NCBI RefSeq assembly: GCF_900232105.1
Contig: NZ_LT934425.1
Span: forward strand, 540,001-572,000
Origin: Candidatus Kuenenia stuttgartensis
GTDB taxonomy: Bacteria > Planctomycetota > Brocadiia > Brocadiales > Brocadiaceae
Reading direction: 5' to 3'
Length of the DNA stretch: 32,000 bases
Made by a program: the position numbers and the translations under genes. The notes below the pieces were generated by a model. That model worked only from the letters and a program-made list of their open reading frames with translations. It was not told where the DNA came from and made no database searches. Positions within the stretch are counted from its first letter, which is position 1; the number at the start of each line of letters is the position of its first letter. Shown piece after piece: positions 1 through 8,309 of this stretch.

Positions 1-5
1 TATCC

Positions 6-1708
6 GTACTACTATCCATCAATTTCTTGTTTTTTATGCGTGTTTTTCATGCCGCCATTTCCGTAAGTGCTTTAATATCAAGGGCTGAAGCGGTCATCAG
101 TGAACAAGAGAACTTCTGGCCTTTCTCCGTCAAAACATAGCGGTTGGCCCTCGGAACTTTGCGGATTAGACCGTGTGCCCGCAGCATCTTTATCCGTCGG
201 GTCGTTCGTCCGGAATATTTCTTTTGCTGATCCTTGCCGGATTGTTCGGATTCCCGGTAAAGCCACTTACGCAAATCATGGTTGCGGAATCCATTTATCG
301 CGTTTTCGCCTTTGGACAGGAACATCAGCATCTGGTAATCATCCTGCTGCCAGGGATTCAAACCTCGATACCTCTTGCCCTCTTTGACAACCTTGTTACA
401 AGCGCTGCTCACCACTTCTTTCAGTTTCTCCTCTACCTGAGCCGCCGCCAAAGCATCCCCATAACGATCATTGCATTGTTGGCTCACCTCACACCGTCGA
501 TGAAGATCGCTTACGCCCTTACGCATCTTCTGCCATGACGCCGGTTTGCCTTCATCATCATTGGGACTCCGAAAGACCTTAAAGTCCCGCGTATTATTGA
601 TCGTTGTCTCAATACGCAAGAGACTACCGCTCTTGTTATACATCTTCACTGAATTATAATTCACACTGTGCTTGACCCGTATACCTTCATAGCGTCTTCG
701 ATAGTCGCTGATAACCTCATCAGGGGCAGCGCCTGCAAGGTTACGCCTACCCAAATACTTCATCACCGAAGAACTGTCGCAAACCCGCATCGCATGATGA
801 ACAAACGATGGAAACAACTCCTCCAATGCCTCAACCGATTTAAACATGATGTCCGTCGCCCACTCCGTCTCATCCGCAGACCAGTAATACTCCGGTTCCA
901 ACGGACGAAGAATCTGCGACAATGCCGGGCAACTGCCCAACGCAAGCCCGTTCAGCAGCTTCGCCCAGTCAGTCTTAAGCTGCTCATGGAGCAGAACCTG
1001 CGCAGCCGCAATATCCTCTATACGCACAAAACAGTTGCCGTCCTTAACATAATCAATACCTTGCTTCTGAAGTTGCCGCTCCAGCCAATGACGACCATTG
1101 AGACAAATGAAAATATTAAACGGCGCCCAACTCTGGATACGAACATGACCAAAACCAAACACTGGATCGTTAAAATAATGATACACAAAGACACACTTGC
1201 GGGGCGCCATTACCAACTCGAGCTTCTTGCTGGCCTTGTTGCCCTTGACCATCGGCGCAATACAAGGCTCTACCACACTCAACAGGCAGATGGAACCTTC
1301 CGTAATCCTCTTATCCGCCGCGATCTGGCGAGCCAACTTCTCCTTATCAACACCGCTGCTCATCAAATACCGCACCTCGATACCCAAATCTTTCGCCCGC
1401 GATTCACAACTGTCTCGCACCTGTGCCGTAAGCCCATTGACCCAACCGGAAAAATCCTTAAGCAGAATTCTCGCTTGGTTCATGAATGTTCCCATCCCAC
1501 GCTCACTGGCCAACCACCGCAATGTCCCGCGAAAACGAATCCTGTCCAGACCGCTTATTGCACCCACGATCCTGTCTCGATATAATTCCATCAACTTATT
1601 CATAAGTAGTGTCCTCCAAATTGTCTGATTACTATTTACGAGGATACTACTATACTTTATAATAAACTAAAAATCACCTTTTTGGTTGCGGCCAAAGGCC
1701 GCGCTAGG
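6..1708 (-). mobile_element. Putative insertion sequence, copy 1 (1,703 bp, single 518-aa ORF), family not recognised
   Basis: 6-1708 equals 22202-23904 (offset 22,196) apart from one substitution (T197 vs C22393, synonymous in the 518-aa frame). Identity stops abruptly at both ends (tatcc|gtactacta vs tctct|gtactacta; gcgctagg|aa vs gcgctagg|cc). No convincing terminal inverted repeats. TACTACTAT occurs as a direct repeat near both ends (7-15 and 1645-1653). Confidence 0.6.
47..1603 (-). CDS. Putative transposase / mobile-element protein of unrecognised family (518 aa)
   Basis: Long ORF with ATG at 1603 and TGA at 47-49. An identical protein is encoded at 22243-23799. It fills about 91% of the repeated unit. 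The basic C-terminal tail (RTTRRIKMLRAHGLIRKVPRANRYVLTEKG) looks like a winged-helix DNA-binding end. I found no family-diagnostic catalytic motif; the function is inferred from multicopy context only. Confidence 0.7.
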   Translation of the reverse strand: MNKLMELYRDRIVGAISGLDRIRFRGTLRWLASERGMGTFMNQARILLKDFSGWVNGLTAQVRDSCESRAKDLGIEVRYLMSSGVDKEKLARQIAADKRITEGSICLLSVVEPCIAPMVKGNKASKKLELVMAPRKCVFVYHYFNDPVFGFGHVRIQSWAPFNIFICLNGRHWLERQLQKQGIDYVKDGNCFVRIEDIAAAQVLLHEQLKTDWAKLLNGLALGSCPALSQILRPLEPEYYWSADETEWATDIMFKSVEALEELFPSFVHHAMRVCDSSSVMKYLGRRNLAGAAPDEVISDYRRRYEGIRVKHSVNYNSVKMYNKSGSLLRIETTINNTRDFKVFRSPNDDEGKPASWQKMRKGVSDLHRRCEVSQQCNDRYGDALAAAQVEEKLKEVVSSACNKVVKEGKRYRGLNPWQQDDYQMLMFLSKGENAINGFRNHDLRKWLYRESEQSGKDQQKKYSGRTTRRIKMLRAHGLIRKVPRANRYVLTEKGQKFSCSLMTASALDIKALTEMAA

Positions 1709-1735
1709 AATTTAGTGGACTTAGATAATAGAAAT

Positions 1736-1773
1736 TTTTAAATTTTGAATTACCGGTAATTCAAAATTTAAAA
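1736..1773. repeat. Perfect 38-bp AT-rich palindrome centred on ACCGGT
   Basis: TTTTAAATTTTGAATTACC|GGTAATTCAAAATTTAAAA gives 19/19 complementary arm positions when paired outward from 1754/1755. It lies between the IS copy-1 end (1708) and MITE copy A (1785). Confidence 0.9.
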
Positions 1774-1784
1774 TTAAACATTTC

Positions 1785-1992
1785 GTAACACTTTTGTTTT
1801 TTGAGAAATTTAGGGAGACACAAAAACAATGTAGCTCATGTAGCCCCGTTATGGGCGATCTGTTTGTAGCGCAATAAAATTCCACCATGGTAAATAGCTC
1901 CGTAGGAGCGGCCTGTATAGAATTGACAGGAAGACAGGCCGCTCCTGACGGAGCTTATAGGGCATACGTTTTTCAAAAGACTAAAGTGTTAC
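1785..1992 (+). mobile_element. MITE-like non-autonomous element, copy A (~208 bp)
   Basis: Terminal inverted repeats GTAACACTTTTGTTTTTTGAGAAA (1785-1808) and TTTTTCAAAAGACTAAAGTGTTAC (1969-1992). Internal 21-bp-stem hairpin AGCTCCGTAGGAGCGGCCTGT...ACAGGCCGCTCCTGACGGAGCT (1896-1955). Flanked by AACATTTC (1777-1784) and AATATTTC (1993-2000), a 7/8 match. An inverted homologue lies at 5610-5847. No coding capacity (the 66-aa ORF at 1887-2087 runs through the hairpin). Confidence 0.6.
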
Positions 1993-2051
1993 AATATTTC
2001 TATAATGCTTTTGGCAGTATTTCTCTTTATCGGAGAGTAGCTGATTTTAAC

Positions 2052-2078
2052 CCTGACAGAGTTTGGAACTCTGTCAGG
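2052..2078. other. Perfect hairpin, 12-bp stem and 3-nt loop
   Basis: CCTGACAGAGTT-tgg-AACTCTGTCAGG, followed by the palindrome ATTACGTAAT. No U-tract on either strand, so it is not called a terminator. Confidence 0.8.
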
Positions 2079-2471
2079 ATTACGTAATAGCCTAATAAGA
2101 ATGGATAGCCATTTTACCGATTTACTGACGTTACTAAGTAATTGCAAATGCACAATTCGTTAGATAATTTTAAATTTTAAAATTGCAAATCTGATTACAT
2201 TTTGTATAATTTGGCAATCCATTTTGTTAAGATACTTACTATATATCGACTTCTACTATAACTTTGCGCAACATCCACTATCTCATCCTGTTGCAGGTGG
2301 AATTACAGAGCCTTACGATTCAAATTCCATAAGATTAGCAAGATAATCTATCATACTTTTCATATATATTGTACTTCCCTGAGTGATGTCACCGTTTTGC
2401 TCTCTAAGAGAACAACTAACAACTGTAACAAAGCAATTGCGGTTTAATGATACTAAATAAATGTTTTGGAT

Positions 2472-3728
2472 ATGACAAAAATTACGCACCTATACGGGAT
2501 TACAGTGAATAACCTGACAAGACATTTAAAAACTATATTAATCGTATGCCTTTGGGCAGTTATTTTTCCCGCTTCCCTTTCAAGCATTTACGCCTTCGAT
2601 AATGATAGATTAGATCTCACTATCACCCGGTTCCTTGATGCTCTTTCCTATAAATACAAAGGATTCGATATAAAGATTACAGAGGTTTCAGTTAAAGAAA
2701 CATTTGATGACAACATTACATATGCCAACAAGAATGAAAAGGAAGACTTCATCACAAATGCCCGACTCGGGCTAGGGGTAAATTACGAAGGGAAAACCAG
2801 GACATTTGAACTAACCGGTGACATTGGCTATCAGGCCTTTACAAAAAATTCTAATTTCAATAATATCACCCAACACATAAATTTAAATTTCAAAAATGAG
2901 TTTTCAAAACGTGACCGCATAAACCTGAAAAATGTCCTTACACACATCGAAGCGCCCTCCTCGGATGAAGAAGGTTTTACCTCGCAGCAATTTGGGAGGT
3001 CAAGGGGACGATTTGAATTTTTTCAGAACAAGTTTGACATAAATTACTCAAACGATATTGCCAAACAGATTTCTCTCTTTGTAAAATACGCCAACGAGAT
3101 AAACATATTTCCGGGATCAAACAGGTCAAATTCTTTTCTAAATAAACCAGGCATGGGTCTAAGTTATTTGTTTCGTCCCACCAAAACTATTTTTTTGTTT
3201 TCATACGACTTCACCAGTGTACAATTTGAAAATGACCAGGATGCCACAATACACACCATCGGACCTGGCATAAGACAATATATAACAAAAAAACTTTTTT
3301 TTGATGGGGGAACGGGGGTAGATTTTATCGATTCTTTTGACGACGAAAACCTCACCAAACCCTTTGTTAAGACATCGCTGACATATATCGTAGACGAAAG
3401 GACTCGTGCAAGACTTTCGTTTGACAAAAAATATACAACAAGCCCTTACTTTGCGGACATCTTTAATAACTGGCGTACTTCCGCTTCTTTAACAAGACAA
3501 ATGTTAGAAAGACTTGTTTGTTCCTTATCAATTTTTTATGGTGAGGGTGAATATGTTTCCTCGTCCTTTGAACAAAGACTGTTGGGGGTAAATTCCTCAC
3601 TAAACTACGATATTAGCAGAAACTTAAAGGGAAGTTTGGCATACACTTATTCACAATTAGGTTCTAATTCTGAAACTGCCGAATATTCAAAAAATACCAT
3701 ATTCCTGGGATTAACCGCGGGGTTTTGA
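2472..3728 (+). CDS. Predicted outer-membrane beta-barrel protein
   Basis: ATG at 2472 (the track starts 2 codons earlier at TTG 2466). Signal-peptide-like N-terminus (LIVCLWAVIFPASLSSIYA|FDN). Rich in Y/N/S/T/G with alternating hydrophobic strands. C-terminal ...TIFLGLTAGF ends in Phe, the classical OMP beta-signal. No specific family recognised. Confidence 0.6.
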   Translation: MTKITHLYGITVNNLTRHLKTILIVCLWAVIFPASLSSIYAFDNDRLDLTITRFLDALSYKYKGFDIKITEVSVKETFDDNITYANKNEKEDFITNARLGLGVNYEGKTRTFELTGDIGYQAFTKNSNFNNITQHINLNFKNEFSKRDRINLKNVLTHIEAPSSDEEGFTSQQFGRSRGRFEFFQNKFDINYSNDIAKQISLFVKYANEINIFPGSNRSNSFLNKPGMGLSYLFRPTKTIFLFSYDFTSVQFENDQDATIHTIGPGIRQYITKKLFFDGGTGVDFIDSFDDENLTKPFVKTSLTYIVDERTRARLSFDKKYTTSPYFADIFNNWRTSASLTRQMLERLVCSLSIFYGEGEYVSSSFEQRLLGVNSSLNYDISRNLKGSLAYTYSQLGSNSETAEYSKNTIFLGLTAGF

Positions 3729-3959
3729 GATGATAAACTGGCGCCTATCCTGGTAGGCATATGGAAGAGGCAATATAAAAGATTTCAACGAATGGATGAG
3801 GCTTGATTTATAGTATATTTACAATTAGTGGTTATTTTTGCCCGATTATGAAATTCTTTTAAAAGCTACACTGGTTGTATTTTTTGGAATAGGTGCGAAA
3901 TAATTCCAATTTTATATTAAAGTCTTTCCCGAATAAATATAGTAGCTACAATATTAACC

Positions 3960-5569
3960 CAGACAGGTTCACTCATTAGAAGGCTTTTGTCAAGGACAAA
4001 ATATCTCCGGTCGCAAAAATATCTACATTTTCACGTTTTGAATACCCCTCCAAGTACGGAATCGCTCTTACTGCTGTTTACGAAAATGACTATACCGTTC
4101 ACGTTTATCTACGCCCGTGGTATTTCGCAATTGTTTTGGTATCGTTCTCATCCGCACCATTCACCCATCGGGATCAAGGCTTTGTGAAAGACTTTCTCAC
4201 CGCCCCTGACTTATCTTCTGTCCCAGAAAACCATCGGTTCCATACCAGTGTCCAATCGTTATTCACAGAATATTCGGCTCTACGGCCAAAACCTCACGGC
4301 TCATGGTATGGGCAGATCAGAATGGAATATTCTTTTTCGCCGATTCCTTTACCGGCACAACTCATAATAAAAGGTGGAACAACTTCCAATCAGGTTTCAT
4401 GGATTGGTTACCTAACCCGCAACCGGTTCCTTGCACCACCTAATCTGCTTGCTACCCAAACATTTTTTTCTCGTCGTAGTTTACTTGCTCCTTTATTATG
4501 TAATAACATGCCCTGGCCAGCTTATTGCTCAAGGCTTTCGTTGCCAGAACTACATGGCTCTTTGACGCCTTCCTCTGATGCCATTTCCTTCCCTTTTCGC
4601 AAAATCTTACGTGAAAATGCGCTGCCTCCACATACGCCCACGCAAGGTATTTATTCCCGTTCTTACGGTTTCCTTTCCCTTTGCTCTTACCATTCGATAA
4701 TTTTTTTGCCGATACGCATCTGCAATAAGATGAATACATCCCCACATCACTAAATCGCTCTATGTTCCCAGTCTCCAGCATTATCGTCATTGCCAGGATT
4801 TCGCCTATCCCTGGCACCTTGAGCAATTTCTTATACGGCTTCTTTAGCTTCACCTCCTTTAATACCGCTTTCTCTATCTTGTATATCTGCTTATTTAATA
4901 CCTCTATTACCTCGTGATCGCACTGTGCTGACATGGTCAAATGCACGTCGCTGAACATCCCCATTACCTCTTCGTTACTCAGCTTCTTTATCGTATCACC
5001 GCTTATCGGTACTCCTTTGTTACGGTTTACCATCGTTTGCATACTCAATATATGCGCTGTCCTTTGTTGTACCAACATCATCCGCTTCCTCAGTAAATCC
5101 CTCACTGACCGCGTCTCTTTGGGATAAATATATCCCTCTGGTAATATCTTTAACCGTAACATCTTTGCCAACCAAAACGAATCCCTCGTGTCGTCAATGT
5201 ACTTTAATCCCTCATACTGCTGCATTGCCGATGTATTTGCCAGGTGTACCTGATAGCCTGCCTCCATCAGACCATCCACTATCCAGTACCAGTTAAAGGT
5301 CGATTCTACTACTATACCCTTTATTTCTTTTTTGTATGGCTCTAATACGCGCTTTATTTCATTGATGTCATTACGGTTTCTCCTCTTGAATACCTTCCGA
5401 TCCTCCTCATCGAGTATTCCAATATAATTATTATCACCATGTAAATCTATTCCTACGAAATATCCCATTGCTCGCTCCCTCCTTACTTTGTTATTATTTA
5501 ACAATCGCCTTTCACGGTATCCTCCATTTTACCATGAAGAGTGCGCTCGGAGGTGCCTTCTATATGATT
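3960..5569 (-). mobile_element. IS110-family insertion sequence (both boundaries approximate)
   Basis: Contains the IS110-type transposase gene. The right limit is set by the adjacent IS4-like inverted repeat starting at 5570. The left limit is guessed from the shift from very AT-rich intergenic DNA (3729-3955) to more GC-rich sequence. The family typically lacks terminal IRs and target duplications, so the ends cannot be fixed from one copy. Confidence 0.45.
4452..5468 (-). CDS. IS110-family (DEDD-type) transposase/recombinase
   Basis: ATG at 5468, preceded by AAGGAGGG 7-8 nt upstream; the track's 12 extra N-terminal codons are an alternative-start artefact. N-terminal MGYFVGIDLHG...VVESTFNWYW is the RuvC-like DEDD region. 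C-terminal VPGIGEILAMTIMLETGNIERF...GNKYLAWAYVEAA is the Transposase_20-type domain. Confidence 0.9.
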   Translation of the reverse strand: MGYFVGIDLHGDNNYIGILDEEDRKVFKRRNRNDINEIKRVLEPYKKEIKGIVVESTFNWYWIVDGLMEAGYQVHLANTSAMQQYEGLKYIDDTRDSFWLAKMLRLKILPEGYIYPKETRSVRDLLRKRMMLVQQRTAHILSMQTMVNRNKGVPISGDTIKKLSNEEVMGMFSDVHLTMSAQCDHEVIEVLNKQIYKIEKAVLKEVKLKKPYKKLLKVPGIGEILAMTIMLETGNIERFSDVGMYSSYCRCVSAKKLSNGKSKGKGNRKNGNKYLAWAYVEAAHFHVRFCEKGRKWHQRKASKSHVVLATKALSNKLARACYYIIKEQVNYDEKKMFG

Positions 5570-5601
5570 ATCAGGTTTGTAACCCAATGTCATTAAGTTA
5601 A
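5570..5601 (+). repeat. Left terminal inverted repeat of the Tn5-like IS
   Basis: See the element entry; it matches the reverse complement of 8310-8340. Confidence 0.6.
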
Positions 5602-5609
5602 GAATTATT

Positions 5610-5847
5610 GTAACACTTTGGTTTTTTAAAAAAACGTATTACCGATAAGCTCCGTAGGAGCAACCTGTTTGTAGATAGGATACCATACTCCGTCAGGAGC
5701 GGCCTGTCTTCCTGTCAATCATATACAGGCCGCTCCTACGGAGCTATTTACCTGTTGAATTTTATTGCGCTACAAACAGACCGCCCCTAAAGGGGCTACA
5801 TTGTTTTTTATGTCCCCTTGGATTTTTCAAATAACTAAGGTGCTATG
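5610..5847 (-). mobile_element. MITE-like element, copy B (~238 bp), inverted relative to copy A, with a 7-bp target-site duplication
   Basis: Reverse complement aligns along its length with 1785-1992 (same TIRs, same long hairpin, plus an extra partial AGCTCCGTAGGAGC unit). It is flanked directly by AATTATT at 5603-5609 and 5848-5854. The insertion point is 8-9 bp inside the IS left inverted repeat. Confidence 0.65.
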
Positions 5848-5950
5848 AATTATTTGATCAAAAACAACCCCCCTTTTCCTCCCTTAATAAACTGGGGATG
5901 ACCCATATTTTTTGCTGGACACCGTGTTAACCGTATGTTACACTGTGTAC

Positions 5951-8218
5951 ATGCATAGAGTAGGAGGTCGAATATTTTCAGATGATGTAATAAAGCGTTT
6001 ATCAGAAACTATCCAAAAGGAACCGTGCCTATCGCGTCGTAAACTGTCGCGTCTGGTATGTGAATGGATGGACTGGAGGAATCAAGCGGGCCGTTTGCAA
6101 GAGATGAGTTGTCGCAAGGCGTTGTTGGAATTGGATCGTCGTAAAGAGATCAATCTTCCAAAGGTTAACAGGCATTATGCATTTCAAAAAGTCAATAAAC
6201 CTGCGGAGGCGCCTCCGATTGCGGAAGTGTCATGCGAGCTAGCGGAGTTGGGGGACGTAGAGATTATACGGGTTACAACGAGAATCAATTCGAAACTTTG
6301 GCGTAGCATGTTAGAAGCGCATCATTATCTTGGAAGTGGGCCCCTATGCGGGGCGCAACTTAGGTATCTTGTACGCAGTGAACATTACGGATGGATAGGA
6401 GGGCTAAGTTATAGTGCCTGTGCCAGACGGGTGGAAAGTCGCGACGAGTGGATAGGATGGACTGAGGAAGCACGTAAGCGGAATCATACGTTTGTTATCA
6501 ATAACAGTAGGTATTTAATAGCGCCTACGGTAAGAGTAAAATGTTTGGCATCGCATGTATTGGCAAAATGCCAAACACGTTTGGTAGATGATTGGGAAAG
6601 AGTGTATAAATATCGTCCTGTACTTTTAGAAACCTATGTGGAACGAGGACGGTTTTCCGGAAGCTGTTATCGGGCAGCTAACTGGAAGTATGTAGGAGGC
6701 ACGGAAGGTCGAGGGCGAAAAGGAACAGGTGCAACGGTCAAAGACGTTTATGTTATGCCGTTGCAAAAGAAATGGCAGGCGGTGTTGTGTTGTTGTGCCG
6801 ATGGCAAAGTACATGTTCGCCAAAGAGTGGCACAAAAAGAGCCTCGGGATTGGATAGAGGCGGAACTTGGAGGAACAAAATTGGGCGATGCACGATTGAC
6901 ATCAAGACTTTTAGAAATGACAGGTATGTTTTATGACAAACCTTTGGCAAACATTCCGCAGGCGTGCGGCTCAGTCAGTGCGACTAAGGCTGCATACCGA
7001 TTCCTTGACAATGAGAATGTAGATTGGAAGGCGATATTGCAAGCTCATTATGAGGCCACGGAAGAGCGTGTGAAGGAGAATAGTTTGGTTTTGGTAGCGC
7101 AAGATACTACGACTCTGAATTATAGCACACATCCGAATACGCAGGGGTTAGGACCGATAGGTACTAAGAGTGAAAAAGTTCGTGGACTGATGGTGCATGA
7201 TACGATGGCGTTTACTGAAAGTGGTACACCCTTGGGACTTCTGAATGTGCAATGCTGGGCGCGGGACGGAATAGGCAGCAAACATGAACGACACAAGAAG
7301 CCTATCGAAGAGAAGGAAAGCTGGAAATGGGTGGAGAGTTACCATGCAGTATCGCAAGTACAGAAACGCTGTCGAAACAAATCTTTACTGGTGGTTGTGG
7401 CAGATCGTGAGGCCGATATTCACGAGGTATTCGCTGAGCAGTATAATACGCCTGATGGCGCTCAGTTGCTGATCCGCGCAGAACGTTCGCGCAATAGAAA
7501 GGTTGTTGATGATAAAGAATCATGCGAGTTTTTGTGGACTAAACTGGAACAGCAACCGGTTATAGGTACCCGCGAAATATTGATACCTCCGAGTGAGAAA
7601 CGCTCCGCACGTCAGGCAATACTTATGGTACGAACGATGCCTGTTACGCTGTGCCCACCTATGCTAAAAAAGAATATGCCTGCGGTCAGGGTGTGGGCGG
7701 TGCTGGCGCAGGAAGTCAATCCGCCTATCGGAATTGATGGGTTAGAATGGATGCTGTTAACCACAGTTGCGGTTAAGCAAGAAAAAGATGCTTACGAACG
7801 TTTGGAATGGTATGCTCGCCGATGGGGTATTGAGTGTTATCATCGTATTATCAAGAGCGGTTGTCGTGTCGAGGCCCGGCAGTTGGAGAGTGCTCGTCGT
7901 CTGTGCAACGCTTTGGCCATTGATATGATTATAGCTTGGCGTATCCATTACCTGACTACTTTAGGACAAGAAACACCTGATGTCCCTTGTACTGTCTACT
8001 TCAGCGATTCTGAATGGAAAGCATTGACAACTTTTGCGAACAAGGTCAAGGAGCCTCCTGATTTACCTCCAAGCCTCAATGATGCCGTGCGGCTTTTAGG
8101 TAAACTTGGCGGTCATCTGGGTCGCCGTGGTGATGGCCATCCCGGAAGTGAAGTACTTTGGCGAGGCATGTCACGTTTGGCTGATATTGAAGTTGCTTAC
8201 GAACTTTACACCACTTAG
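5951..8218 (+). CDS. Tn5/IS50-like DDE transposase fused to a ~300-aa DUF4338-like N-terminal domain
   Basis: Single uninterrupted ORF; ATG at 5951 is the likely start (the track begins at TTG 5912). Residues from ~310 show the Tn5 N-terminal DNA-binding pattern (WIEAELGGTKLGDARLTSRL...QACGSVSATKAAYRFLDNENV). The C-terminus has the Tn5 dimerisation-type tail (LGGHLGRRGDGHPGSEVLWRGMSRLADIE). The N-terminal part (HYLGSGPLCGAQLRYLV...WIGW...VINNSRYLIAPTVRVKCLASHVL...PVLLETYVERGRFSGSCYRAANWKYVGGTEGRGR) matches my recollection of DUF4338. Confidence 0.85.
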   Translation: MHRVGGRIFSDDVIKRLSETIQKEPCLSRRKLSRLVCEWMDWRNQAGRLQEMSCRKALLELDRRKEINLPKVNRHYAFQKVNKPAEAPPIAEVSCELAELGDVEIIRVTTRINSKLWRSMLEAHHYLGSGPLCGAQLRYLVRSEHYGWIGGLSYSACARRVESRDEWIGWTEEARKRNHTFVINNSRYLIAPTVRVKCLASHVLAKCQTRLVDDWERVYKYRPVLLETYVERGRFSGSCYRAANWKYVGGTEGRGRKGTGATVKDVYVMPLQKKWQAVLCCCADGKVHVRQRVAQKEPRDWIEAELGGTKLGDARLTSRLLEMTGMFYDKPLANIPQACGSVSATKAAYRFLDNENVDWKAILQAHYEATEERVKENSLVLVAQDTTTLNYSTHPNTQGLGPIGTKSEKVRGLMVHDTMAFTESGTPLGLLNVQCWARDGIGSKHERHKKPIEEKESWKWVESYHAVSQVQKRCRNKSLLVVVADREADIHEVFAEQYNTPDGAQLLIRAERSRNRKVVDDKESCEFLWTKLEQQPVIGTREILIPPSEKRSARQAILMVRTMPVTLCPPMLKKNMPAVRVWAVLAQEVNPPIGIDGLEWMLLTTVAVKQEKDAYERLEWYARRWGIECYHRIIKSGCRVEARQLESARRLCNALAIDMIIAWRIHYLTTLGQETPDVPCTVYFSDSEWKALTTFANKVKEPPDLPPSLNDAVRLLGKLGGHLGRRGDGHPGSEVLWRGMSRLADIEVAYELYTT

Positions 8219-8309
8219 CCTTCAGCTCAATTGGCCGTACAACTACGGTGCTCTTGAAATTTGTGGGTAAAGATTAGCTTTATTAAGGGGGACTTTTGCG
8301 GCCGTTTGT

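Noticed and set aside
668-1585. 305-aa plus-strand ORF (and its twin at 22864-23781), plus other plus-strand ORFs at 100-538, 1197-1628 and 22296-23824 inside the IS copies
   Set aside because: They lie entirely antisense to the 518-aa ORF. They are rich in R/L/P/T/H with no recognisable motifs or RBS. Their duplication follows simply from the IS duplication.
1887-2087. 66-aa ORF inside MITE copy A
   Set aside because: It runs straight through the 21-bp-stem hairpin and the element's right TIR. The inverted copy B does not conserve it as an ORF.
3960-4451. Possibility that the structured-looking arm is a group II intron or other ribozyme
   Set aside because: No reverse-transcriptase/maturase ORF, no GUGYG...AY boundaries, and no sequence fitting the domain V consensus. 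I found no RNase P, tmRNA or SRP signature motifs by eye.
3987-4753. 66-aa and 205-aa plus-strand ORFs in the IS110 3' arm
   Set aside because: P/S/L-rich low-complexity translation with no RBS. The 205-aa ORF overlaps the 3' end of the IS110 transposase gene antisense. The region is better explained as non-coding RNA or element-end sequence.
5469-5504. N-terminal extensions given by the ORF track (also 2466-2471, 5912-5950, 21624-21650, 26705-26722, 30424-30543 and 31287-31370)
   Set aside because: They start at alternative codons and lack an RBS. Internal ATGs have good Shine-Dalgarno sequences and give canonical family N-termini. Two of the extensions would overlap the upstream gene extensively.
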